A DNA stretch of 64,000 nt from Chrysomallon squamiferum. Taxonomy: Eukaryota; Animalia; Mollusca. This document shows positions 41,401-54,564 of the stretch, one piece after another; position 1 is the stretch's first letter; the number at the start of each line of letters is the position of its first letter. The stretch lies in contig CM022665.1 of the NCBI GenBank assembly GCA_012295275.1, positions 42,594,001 to 42,658,000 on the forward strand, in the 5' to 3' direction. The notes under the pieces were generated by a model. That model saw nothing but the letters and a program-made list of their open reading frames with translations, was not told the DNA's origin and did not search any database. A program made the position numbers and the translations under genes.

Positions 41401-41610
41401 TAAATAACAAATGAAATAAAATTAAACTTTTTATTATTGTAAGAAAAAACCTGTAAATATGAGAATATAATTGTTTTGTCAATAACAGACAAAATACAAT
41501 TAATTTTTTTTTATATTAGAAAGAAAAAAACACTTTAAATGTGTACATAGTAGTGTTTGTTTAAATTTAATTGTTTTGTAAATAACAAATGAAATACAAT
41601 TTAACTTTTT
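38444..41610. repeat. AT-rich satellite array, monomer about 95-112 bp, roughly 30 copies
   Basis: Monomer ACTAGTTTTTTGATTAAATATAATTGTTTTGTAAATAACAAATGAAATACAATTAAACTTTTTATT, then an A-rich variable part, then TGTAAATATGTGTAT. CTAG at 38678, 38787, 38987, 39099, 39198 and onward. Confidence 0.95.
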
Positions 41611-43880
41611 ATTTTTTTGTTTGTTTTTATTTATCAACCTAGAAAACAGAATTTCTGAAACCTTCTTAATGTACTGAGAACTTTTTTTTTGTTTAAATAT
41701 ATCTGAAGTTGTTGAAATAGCTCAATGGATATTGTTTTCATAATTATCAAATCCACACAAATGGAAACTGTATCAGTAGTTGTCACTTGACACATAACTC
41801 CAAGTTTCTTTGTAAATATTCATAACATTTGAAGATATTAAATTTAAACTTACTTAAGTAACAACAGTTCAGTGCAATTGTTAATGTTGAAATAAGTGCA
41901 CAGGTAGTGCAAAACTAAGAATATATATGTGTCTATTAATAACATGTATATATTAGAAAACTGAAGACAGGTATTATAATTTTTGAATATGACAAGATTT
42001 AAATCTTTCATCAAGAATAATGAATGGAAAAAAAAAACCCGTAAATAATAAAAAAAAGGGAATAAAAAAGATATTTTTAAATATGTAAAAATAATTCTTT
42101 GCAACTTGATAGGGGAAAGCTGGTTATCAACAGAGTGATCCCATCTTTAGTAACACACCTGCCTATCCAGCAGAATCAAAATTAAACCTAACACAAAAAG
42201 GACAAGCCTGTCATTTAAAAAGTAAGAAAAAAAAAAAAAAATAATAATAATAAAAAGGGGGAATACAACGAAAGAAAGATTTTAAAAAGATATTTCCTAT
42301 GCCAATTTCAATTATTCTGATGAAATTTTCTTAAGATAATGTGACTTATTCGAGAAATGACAATAATTTGAATAAAAGGACCAGGTTCAAAAATAGATAA
42401 TGGAAATAGATTTAAAAATTAAACAGATTCGATTTAGCATGACATAAAATTAGCATTACCCAATCCAAAAGGTCCGTAGTTATAAGATATTGAAGTCTTA
42501 CATTCTGCCCCTCGACGTCCGTACACAAAGCAGCAGAACTGAATCTTAAAGGGAAACAACTCTAGACCACATTTTACATTTCCGGGAAGAAACACTATAG
42601 ATAACGTTTTTAAAACGAAAAAATGAAGCCAGCAAACATAAAAGTGAATTTTTAAATTCTGTTGAGGGGATACAGTCTATTTGTCTAATTTGGGTTTTTT
42701 CGTTTGCTTTTGTTCTTGTTGTTTGAAAATAAATAAATAAATAAATAAATAACATAACATAACATAAAATACCCGTAGTAATTCAGTAGAAGCAGCTGTG
42801 TGAGGTCAATAATGAAATGTTACAATTATTTCGTTCAGATATCATGCTGTTATTCACAATCTACATTTAACAGATTAAGAAACCTTTAAAAATAAAATAA
42901 AATAATGACTGCAATAATAAATAAAAAAATAAAAAAGAAACACCACAGAATAGTTTACAGTAGTTTTAAAACCTGATGTTTTATTCACATTTCTGAAAAA
43001 GCACTACGTAAGTACTTCATTATAATAAAAGATCAAACGTTTCTGTTTTACGTCGTTTTGCTGACTGCTCTTGATTGTAACCGAATGTAACGTACAAATA
43101 AAAAATAAAAATATAATAAGTCACGTCATATCTATGACCAACGAGATTTGCCTTGTGAATTATCGCTTTACAAAGATGAATTTCTTAAGAAAATCTTTTT
43201 TCTCTCGAAAGAGGAACAAGAAAGAATATCACTGAACCAAGTAAGATTTTCAGTGTAATTTATGTATTTACTTATGCATTTTATAACACGTCAAAATTCA
43301 TTATGTGGGATACATTTACATGCAGCCTTGCAGTTTAGGTTCTATAAATATTTTGCTATGATTTATAACTGTTTCTGCGAAAACATTAAATGTCTATGGT
43401 CAAACCAGTCAATGCCGACAAGGCGAAGATTTAAACTGCATGATTACCGATTTATATTCATATTTGATTTTATAAATCAACTATTAATAAAATTTATTAT
43501 CTAGTGCGTTCTCTGATCATTCAAACTTTTAGTGATTAAAATTAGGAATTTATGTGATTGTTTTAATAACGAGTTACTGTTACTAGTACCACTATCACCA
43601 TGACTCCAGTTTTAAAAGATTCCCCAACTTTAATCGAAGCACCGACATTCATAATTAGTTTCAGTATTAGGCTATGTTATCGGATTTAAACGGCGAACGG
43701 GTGAAGGGAGATAACTTTGTTCATCCTACTTGCAGTATTATGCCAAGACATTTGTAGAGTTCTCTTTGAATTTCAGCTAAGTCTATGAAATGCAGGGATT
43801 TTACAGCCCTACTTTTTAATTATAATCTAACAGACAATACATCTAACAATATTATTCTTCTTATTATTTTTTTTTACAAG

Positions 43881-46800
43881 TGACTATATATTCTTCCCGG
43901 AAGGGTATGAAGACGTAGGCATTGGTGATACCACTCACGTATGTTTTATTTGTATTCTTCAATTTTAATACTTTTTTCAAATTAATTCAAAACACCTTTG
44001 GTGTGAAACTCATAACTTGGTATAAAAAAAAAAAGAAAAAAAAAAAGAAACAAATATACAAATAAATTTGAAAAATAAATCAATAAAATTTATAATAATA
44101 ATAATAATAATAATAAAATTTATAATAATAATAACAAAAATTATAATATTAATAATAATAAGAAATATGTTAATTATTGAATGTTTCTTTGATTTCATTA
44201 ACAACAATACTGCTAATAAAAATATTCTCCATTGTTAAATTATTTGTAAGTTCAATTTTATTCTTATTTTTTTTTTACAGAATAACACCAACATCTTTGA
44301 AATTTATGGTGAGTATTGACTTAAGTTTACACTATACAGTTTCTTTAGTCACAATACACATTGCATATATATTTCAATAATTGTTTAATAATAGCAAAAA
44401 AAAATATCTATGAAACAATTTGTAGTTTTTAATCATTTTAAATTCATATATATATAACATTCTAATACAAATTTAAACATTTTAATTTTCTGTAATGGAT
44501 GTTTATTCTGAATTTTGAAATTTTAAATATCAATTTATCTATCAAAGGATTATCTAAGTTCTGTAAATCTTGTAGATTTCACATGTCCAGTGACCAAGAC
44601 ATTTCAAGACTGAACACACCCCGGTAATTATCAGTTTAATATTCTTTTTCTTTGTAATTTATATATTCTTTCCCTCTTTTTTCTTTCTTTCGTCTATTTA
44701 TTTATTTTAACTATATATATATATATTCTTTGTTTTCAGATTTCTTTTCATTAAATATATGAATTTAATATCGTCAGTGTTTTATATGTTAGTAATTTTA
44801 AGTGTTAAATGAATTTTTAATTCATCATTATTATTATTTTTCTTTTTTGTAATTATGAGGAATACTTTAACTAAGAATGACAATTACTGGTAGGTGTTTG
44901 TTGTTAATTAATTGATATGCATCATTTCAGGATAATACATGTGCGAGGGAGGAGGAAGAAGACCTCATTGTAAGTTTCAAACCTTAATTTGATGATTCAG
45001 TTCCATTTTATTTTATTACACTGTCCTTACAAAATCCTGTATTAATATTCTTTATTAAATCAGGTAATACATATTTATTAAAAACAGACTGAAATTTAAT
45101 TTATAACACTGAATTATAAAAACATAATGCAGTTTAAAAACTGAGTGATATTTCCCACCAACAGCATAGTTACCTGACTCCGTTAAAGAAATTAAAACAA
45201 CATTAAATCATTTTAAAATTTTAAGAAAGAAATTTTAAAACTTACAAAACTAAAATGAATTCTATAATTTCACTTTCCAGTTCTATATTGAAATTGATGG
45301 CTACACTCCACCGACCGGTGAGTATTTTTAATCAACCTATTCGTGCACATTTACTGTACACCAATGTTTTAAGAGACACCTTGCAATGATAAACAACTAA
45401 AATAATGTACATATCCATTTTTTAGAAAATGAAAGAAATTATCATTCCAGTGCTCAAATGATTATTCTACTTAATTATCTACAAGTTAAAATATACTAAA
45501 ATCGTGGCAGTATATGTTTCTTAATAAACCATTGACAGTTGCAAACAATATAAAACCATATTTTAACTCTATGTTGTCTAATCTGATCTAAATTTTAAAT
45601 TATTTTAATTTAAGAAAAAAACTTGTTATAAAATAAATAAATAAAATAAAATATTAAAAAGTAAATAAAGACTAGTTAATGTCGATGTTTAATGTCAACA
45701 TCCCCATTAGAGATTGCGCTAGACTATTTATTATGGCTGATATTTGAGATATACAGGATCAGTTCTACTCACAGCAATTTCCCAATCCATTCAGAGACCC
45801 ATCACTCATTTATGAAGGAAACTGAATCCCTATGGAAAGATGCCTTTAAAGTATCTCCTTTTAGTCAGTAAGCCCATAGTGTATTCTATGTAGTTTTCCT
45901 TTCCTGACCTCTGTAAATTAAAAACATAATTTAGTCCATTCATTCACTTTTTTAATTGTGAAACTAAAACAAAACTAAAAAATCTCAGTATAGTTTATTC
46001 CTTTATTAAATTTTATGAAAAATTCTATTTAGATTTTATATTTCATGACACTTATATTAAGATTTTACATTACTTTGTTCATTAATGTATGGGAAGTGTA
46101 GTGATAAAAAACTATAATGTTAAATGTGTTATTGTCTCTTTATTCAGACTCCACAGATAGAAGAACATGAAAGAAGGGTGTGTATAGCTTTTTAACATCT
46201 TGAATTATAGTTATAAAATGTCTTATAGAATACTTTATATATCAGTAAGTGAAGACAATTAATTAAAGCATTCATAACTATATCCACTGCAATCTGCTAT
46301 TTTGTTTATTTTCAGTTTGTTTGGCAGTGAATAACACTCTATAGATGACATTTAATAAAATTTTATAATCAATAATTATTACATATAACATATTATTATA
46401 ATTCTCTTTCCTTAATATTAAGAAAGTTTGGCCCCTAAAAAGAAAATCTGGAAGTTAGACAATTTATTTAGTCTACAGTTTCAAATTTCATTTTACTTAC
46501 AGGTCCACTCCTCTGAAAAAAACACCGATCATGAGTGAGTTACTACTAAAAAATCTTAATTAATGTTTTTAACAAAAAATTCTACAAAAGAAAGTAACCA
46601 TTAACATCAATCAGATAAAGTGACTATTAACATAAGAATAGGAAAATGTATTTCTTTGTCATTTGAAAAAAATAGTGGTAGTAAATTTTTTTTACATGTT
46701 ATTAAATCTTGATTTGTCATGTTAGTATTTTAAAAGCTTTATTTAATATCAAAATTACTTTGTTATAAATATTTGATTCATGTTTCTTAGAAGTATATCT

Positions 46801-46884
46801 TTGCCTCAAATAAACTGTTTAATAAATACAGTTACAAAAGGTAAAGAGTTTGAGAACAAAAGGTGTTCTTTTATTATTTCCTTT

Positions 46885-46931
<47 letters not shown>

Positions 46932-48514
46932 TTGTTATTGTTATTATTGTTGTTATTATTTCAAAATAGATGGTTTATCTTTTTGGTATTTTGCAGCTTT
47001 CATCCTGACCAAAACATAAATGCACATTTGAATGCACATTAGTTGTTAATAAATATAATTATTTTGTCATTTACAACTTAACATTTTCCATAATATCAGA
47101 GAAAAAAAAAAAATAATAATAAAAAAAATAATAATAAAAAAATAATAATAAATAATAATAATAAGAATAAACAACTAAGTTTTAAAAAGTAAAATAAACA
47201 CAAGTTAATTGTTGTGTTTAATGTGAGCATCCCACTTGGAGATTGTGCTAGACTATTTATTGTGGCTGAGATTTGAGATATACAGGATCAATTCTACTTA
47301 CAGCCATTTCCCAATCCAGTCAGAGCCTGATTACCGATTTATCAAGAATACTGAATCCCTATGGAAAGATGCCTTTAAAATATCTCCTTTTACGTAGAAA
47401 TCCTATGGTGTATTGTCTGTAGTTTTCCTTTCCTGACCTCTGTAAAAGAAAAATATAATTTAATCCATTCATTCACTTTTTCTTTATTCTGAAACTAAAA
47501 GGTCTCAGCATAGTTTATTCTATTTATTAACGTTTACGAAAGATTCTGTTTAGATTTTATATTTCATGATGCTTATATTAACATTTTATATTACTTTCTT
47601 CATTAATGTGTGTAAAGTGTAATGATAAAAATGTAATATGTTAAATGTGCTTTTGTCTCTTTAACCAGACTCCGCAGACAGACGAGAAGAAAAGAAAGGT
47701 GTAGTATAACTTTTTAACATTTCGAAAGATTGTTATTATTAAATGTCCTACAGAATACGTTATATATCAGTAAGTGATCATGATGGATGCCAAGAGTTAA
47801 TTAAAGAGAGCCTGTACACTTTCAAAATTTATAAGTGTTCATTGCTACATCCACTGCAATCTGCTATTTTGCTTATTTTCAGTTTCTTTGGCAGTGAATA
47901 GCACTGTAGAGATGATATGTGTTAACTGCACATATAAATATCAGTAATGACTCTTTCATAATCCTGAAATGTACTACAAAAATAAATAACCAAGTTATGA
48001 AATAAAGAGAGAAAAAAAGGAAAAAGAAAAGAATAAACTCCTACTGTCATCAATTAATACATATTAGATATTAATACATATATCGTTCCTTAATATTAAC
48101 AAAATTTAGCCTCTAAAAAGAAAATTTGAAAGTAACAAACTTTATTAAAACTACAATTTCAATTTTCATTTTACTTACAGGTCCACTTCTCTGGGGAAAA
48201 CACCATACACAAGTGAGTTACTATTAATATATCTTAATTAATGTTATTAACAAACAAAACAAACAGAAACAAAGTAACCATTAAGAAGAATCAGATAAAG
48301 TTACTATTGACATAAGCATAGGAAAATGTATTTCTCTGTCATTTGAAAAAGAATCATTGGTAGTAATTTTCTGACATGTTATTAGATCTTGATTTGTCAT
48401 GTAACTATTTTGAAATTTTTATTTAATAACAAAATACTTTGGTTTAATAAATTCTTTAATAAATAAACACAGATAGAAAAAGCGAAAGAGTTCAAGAACA
48501 AAATGTGTTCTTTT

Positions 48515-48562
<48 letters not shown>

Positions 48563-48576
48563 TTATTTATTTATTA

Positions 48577-48612
<36 letters not shown>

Positions 48613-49045
48613 TTCCCTTCAAAACATATGGTTTATCTTTATTGGTATTTTGCAGGTTTCATCCTGACCAAAAAATTAAGTCCACACCACTGCAACAGCT
48701 ATTTCGTGTTTTTTGCCTGTGTATGTATAAAGAAAAGAAAAATTACATATTTTCTAAATCATTCATTCTTCTAATCATCCATCCAGTATTTTCTTTACAA
48801 CCAACTGAACCTAAAACAAATCCCATACATGCAACTGATAACAGAAATACAATTAGTATATAAAAACAAGATATCTACTCATATATAATTATTAGATAAA
48901 ATCAATACATTTACTTTGAACAGTTTATTATACAAATGTGTTTCACCTAGTAACTTCATTATCACTGGAGTGGGCTTAAATATTCATTCATTTGTTTGTT
49001 TTACAGACCACTAAGGAAACCAGAACAAGAAAAAGGACAGGACTG
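43881..49045 (+). pseudogene. Decayed paralogue of the micro-exon gene in duplication copy 2
   Basis: Exons at 43881-43938, 44281-44308, 44576-44623, 44931-44969, 45281-45317, 46148-46177, 46503-46534, 47669-47698, 48181-48212 and 48656 onward. Exon 3 has a 2-nt deletion giving TGA at 44611, exon 6 is deleted, and the exon 9 donor is deleted. Confidence 0.55.
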
Positions 49046-49059
49046 GTTTTATACATTAT

Positions 49060-49125
49060 AGTTTATTGATTGAATTTAATTTTTTGTAAATAACAAATGA
49101 AATGTAATTAAATTTCTTATTATTG

Positions 49126-49162
<37 letters not shown>

Positions 49163-50250
49163 ATTGTAAATATTTTAACTGATTAGTTTTTTGATTAAAT
49201 ATAATTAGTTTGTAAATATCAAATGAAATACAATTAAACTTTTTATTAGTTTTTTATAAAAATGTAAATATGTCTACATACTAGTTTTTTGATTAACTTT
49301 AATTGTTTTGTAAATAACAAATGAAATACAATTAAACTTTTTATTAGTTTTTTATAAAAATGTAAATATGTCTACATACTAGTTTTTTGATTAACTTTAA
49401 TTGTTTTGTAAATAACAAATGAAATAGTTAAACTTTTTATTATTGTAGGAAAAAAACACTGTAAATATGTGTATATACTAGTTTTTTGATTAAATATAAT
49501 TGTTTTGTAAATAACAAATGAAATACAATGAAACTTTTTAGTAGTGTAGGAAATAAACAGTGTAAATATGTGTATATACTAGTTTTTTGATTAAATATAA
49601 TTGTTTTGTAAATAACAAATCAAATAAAATGAAACTTTTTAGTAGTGTAGCAAGAAAACTCCTATAAATATGTGTATATACTAGTTTTTTGATTAACTTT
49701 AATTGACTTGTAAATAACAAATGAAATAGTTAAACTTTTTATTATTGTAGGAAAAAACCCGCTGTAAATATGCGTATATACTAGTTTTTTGATTAAATAT
49801 AATTGTTTTGTAAATAACAAATGAAATACAATGAAACTTTTTATTAGTGTAAATAAAATAACCAAAAAATGTAAATTGTACATACTAGTTTTTTTTATTA
49901 AATATACTTTTTTGTAAATAACAAATGAAATAGAATTAATTTTTTTTATAGTAGAAAGAAAAAACCCTTTAAATGTGTACATACTAGTTTTTGATTAAAT
50001 TTAATTGTTTTGGAAATAACAAATGAAATACAATTAAACTTTTTATTATTGTAGGAAAAAACCCCTGTAAATATGTGTATATACTAGTTTTTTGATTAAC
50101 TTTAATTTCTTTGTAAATAATAAATGAAATAAAATTAAACTTCTTTTTATTATTGTAAGAAAACAAAACCTGTAAATATGTGTACATACTAGATTTTTGA
50201 TTATATATAATTGTTTTGTAAATAACAAATAAAATACAATGAAACTTTTT
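49060..50250. repeat. Second array of the same satellite (about 100 bp), roughly 12 copies
   Basis: CTAG at 49281, 49379, 49478, 49579, 49681, 49781, 49885, 49984, 50084 and 50189. Confidence 0.95.
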
Positions 50251-53200
50251 ATTTCTCGTTTGTTTTTATTTATCAAACTAAAAAACTGAATTTGATTTGA
50301 CATATAACTCCGAGATTCTTTATAAATATTCATAACATTTGAAGATATTGAATTTAAACTTAATTAAGTAAAAACAGTTCAGTGCAATTAGTTAATGTTG
50401 AAATAAGTGCACAGGAAGTGTAAAAACTAAGAATATATATGTGTCTTTATTAATAACATGTTTATAGTAGAAAACTGAAGACAGGTATTATAATTTTTAA
50501 ATATGACAAGATTTAAATTTTTCATCAAGAATAATGAAAATAAAAAAAAAAAACCGTAAAAAATAAAAAAAGGGAATAAAAAAGATCTTTTTAATATAAA
50601 TATGTAAAAATAATGCTTTCCAATTTGATAGGGGAAAGCTGATTATCAACAGAGTGATCCCATCTTAGTAACACACCTCTCTATCCAGCACAATCAAAAT
50701 TAAACCTAACGCAGAAAGGACAAGTCTGTCATTTAAAAAGTAAGAGAAAAAATAAAAATAAAATAAAACGAGAGAAAATAATTCTTCGTTTCGTTCTATT
50801 CCCCCCACTAAAGACGAAGCCCCTCTTTTCTATATAAACCCCATCAAAAGATGAGTCTTTAAATCGATTAATAGTAATGTTGGAATATTCGGAACTCTTT
50901 TCCCCAAAATGACGGAAAATATTTGCAATTTCAAATATTCTGATGACATTTCACTTAAGTTAATGTGACTTATTCGAGAAATGACAATAATTCGAATAAA
51001 AGAACCCAGGTTTAAAATAGATATTGTAAGATCGATTTAAAAATTAAACTGTCAACAAATTCGATTTAGCGTGTCTTATAATTAGCATTACGCAATCCAA
51101 AAAGTCCGTAGTTATAAGATATCGAAGTCGTACATTCTGCCCTTCGATGTGCGATCAAAAAACAGCAGAACTAAATCCTAAAGGGAAACAACTCTAGACT
51201 ACATTTTTCATTTCCGTTTTCTTATAACCCAAACGTGAAGTCATAAAAGTGATTTTTTTTTTTTTTTTTTAAGAAGTTAGGTTTTGGAACTAAATTTAAA
51301 TAATTCATTAACACATCAAGCACCAACTTTATACTTCATTTTCTTGTTAAGTTGTTGAACTGTTAGTATGAGTAAAGTTAGGGTTGTTTGTTGTTTTATT
51401 ATTATTAATAATGTAAACTATTGAGTGACCACAGGAAGTTTTCGTTTATTACATGAATTATATAATTATTAACTGTTTATATGAAATACGTTGATGTGAC
51501 ATTAACATATTTCTTTTTCTTTTTTTTTTTTTTTTTTTTTTTAAACATAACAACCACTAGTAATGTGTATTATTGTTTTTAAATTTCATATACTTTCCCC
51601 AGTTCAGTCATAAGAGATCATTAAGAAGAGTCAGTTTTAGGAAAACAACAAAATGATTTATTTAAAAATACTCATAATATTGACCTCACAACAGAAAGGA
51701 ATCAGAAGTCACATATACAGGAACCAGAACTAACATTTATTTCTAAGATGACTAAATATAGTAATATATTTTAAAAGTTTAATAATAAAACTCTTAAATT
51801 GAGAAGAAATACTTTTTATTTTTTATTTATTTTTTCAATTTATTGACACATTTCTAATTATTATTTTTTTTACAGATTAATTATTTTTGCAAAGTAAACA
51901 AGATCCATGTTTAGAGCAGTGACATGCTTGGGCTACTTCACACCCACACCCATACAGATGCAGGGCATTCCTGTTATGCTTAATTTTAATTTCTAAAATC
52001 TCTCTCTCTCTCTCTCATCAATATTTTCTCAAGTGAGGGTTGTTTTTTATTTTTTAATAGACAACCACAGAACTCGAAAGACTGAAAAAGGTTTCAGGAT
52101 TCACTGCATAGAGAAAGCTAGTACAGGTACTAAAAAGTTTGGCCCAAAAGATGAAAAGTAATACTGTGAGATTTTAAATATTTCTTCTTATTAAGTAACT
52201 TAGTAATTTGATATAAATATATTTTTTAAAATTAAAAACTCAGCATTTGTTTGTTTATTTTTAAATTGTTTGGCAATGATATTAATTAATAAAAATATTA
52301 TTATTATTATTATTATTCAGTTTTCAGACATTTCATTAAATAAAATAATTATAAAAATAACATTAAAATATGTTATCTCTTTTCAGATACATTGGTTACA
52401 ACTGCAAACAGACTGGTTTACTTACTAAAACAGACTCAGATTCCTCCAGTAGTAAATCGCAGCAGGTAACTTTTTATTATATTTTATTATTGTGTGTGTG
52501 TGTGTGTGTGTGTTTAAAATAAATGATGACTTTATTACAGAAACATTGTGACTAAACAATTAAATAAAAAGAAATATGAAGAGCACATTAACAAGAAAAA
52601 ATAACAAACAATTCAGGCTTTAGGCTAATACCATTTAGACATATTTTAGTAAGAAACAACTAATCAACACATTAAGAAAAACCATGTAAAACCATGACTT
52701 GGAAATGGACAAAATATACTAGAATACCAATGTTAACTGCAGTGCATGGAATCAATACAGATTACTGAAATATTTTTATTTTTTATTTTTTTTATTCCTA
52801 ATATAATTTTTATTTTTTACTGAAATTTAGCAACAGAAAATGTAGAACAGGAATTCTTGTTTGTGGGTACAGAGTGCAGGAAATTACTGGCCATTAGAAA
52901 TCTCAAACAGGAGGTAAAAGTATGTATTTTTACCTTTTAAATTACAATTTTAAAAACAAATAAGTAACCAAAAACTAAATTCCCACAAAAAAACAACAAT
53001 CTTTGCATTTTAGAGATTAAACGAATAAGGTATAGAAGTTAGTATTTTATATTTTCTGTTTGTAAAGAAAAATAATAAATAAATAAAATAAAATAAACAG
53101 ACCAAAAAATCTTGATGTATTAAGAGAATCAAAGAATAAGGTTACTAAAAAGTTCTTGTATCTTATTTTTATGATGTTTAAAGAGTACAGGGAATGCAGC

Positions 53201-53771
53201 CACCCGTGTTAATTTTTGTTTGATACAAGGAAAAAACAAAAAAACTGTTTCATGAACTGATTTACGAGGGAATTGGTATTGATGTCATACATGCAGATAC
53301 AACACAGATACAGGTAAGTTTTTTTTATTTTTTTTATTATTATCTTTATTTTTTAAATTTTTGTTTGTTTGTCAAAATGAGGATATAGTTAAGATGTATT
53401 TAGTATGAAAAGAAGTATGTTATTTTGATTTTTATTTAATTTATATCTTTTATAGACCATTAAGCAATAAGGGAGAATTCTGTACTGATTAAATTTCTTT
53501 TAATTATTTTCATACTAAATTCTTAATTTAATTATTAGTTAACAAAGATATATAATTTTTTTGACATTGTCATGAGAACGTATATATATTTGTAACATAA
53601 TTATTTTATAAATATATTTACTTTCTGTTTTTATTTATTTTCTTTCTTTCTTTTTTATATTTATATATATATATTATATATATATATTTTCAATAGCTTT
53701 ATATTGATGACAGAAATACTGAACATAAATAAGATTCATTATCTTTTTTGTTTCTTTTATTTCTTTTTATA

Positions 53772-53808
<37 letters not shown>

Positions 53809-54564
53809 GTCTTTTTAATTCTGTTTTTCATTTAGTTTATGATAAAAACATAAATATAATATTAAATGTTGATTATAAATTATATACAGTTTTATTTTGT
53901 CAAATACCATGTTATTTAAGATAGATCTTTTTATTTTATTTATTTTTATTATTTATTTATTTATTTAAATTTTTAAATTTAATTTTTTTCATTTTAAATT
54001 TCAATACATAAATATAATATTAAATGATTTATTAGTTATCAATTTTATTTGATTAAATACCACATTGTAAAGATACATCTTTTTTATTTTATTTATTTTA
54101 TATTATTTATTTATTTAAATTTTCAAATTTATTTTGGTTTTTTCTCTTAATTTGTGATAGATATATAAATATATTAAAAGATAATTATAAACTGTATGAT
54201 TTTATTTCATTAAATGCTTTGAGAGTTTTAGAGGTTCTTAATTTTCTGCAAACTGTATCATAAAATTCCATTTATTATAGCAGATAACTTACAATTAGTT
54301 GGGTTTTTGTTTTTTGTAATTTATTATATTATTATTATTCTTTATTTTTTTTACAGGTAGAAAGTTTTTTAAGGAAGGAGGAGAAAAGCAATTACTTTCT
54401 TCAGAGAGGATGACATAATAAATGGCAGAAGGTAACAAGACTTTAATAACAACAGTAAATATATTTTCCCATTATTTTAATTTTATTAAAATTATTATTA
54501 TTATTATTATTATTATTTATTTAATTTTTTTTTTCAAGTAAGTCACATACATGTCAAACCAGGT

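Larger units (their letters stand above)
31629..42650 (+). repeat. Tandem segmental duplication, copy 1 (about 11 kb)
   Basis: Begins TTACGTCGTTTTGC.GACTGCTC (31629; copy 2 at 43047) and is collinear with copy 2 through AAGGGAAACAACTCTAGAC (42549; copy 2 at 51181). ORF track twins: 31838/43262 and 38008/48642. Confidence 0.95.
43047..51253 (+). repeat. Tandem segmental duplication, copy 2 (about 8.2 kb, with internal deletions)
   Basis: Collinear with copy 1 but lacks the segment at about 34400-35000, has different sequence in place of 32883-33210, and has a shorter satellite array. Confidence 0.95.

Noticed and set aside
38444-41610. Repeat/spacer-like pattern and many minus-strand ORFs (LLFTKQLYLIKK...) in the satellite
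   Set aside because: The variable segments are A-run slippage variants, and the ORFs are translations of the monomer with frequent stops and frameshifts.
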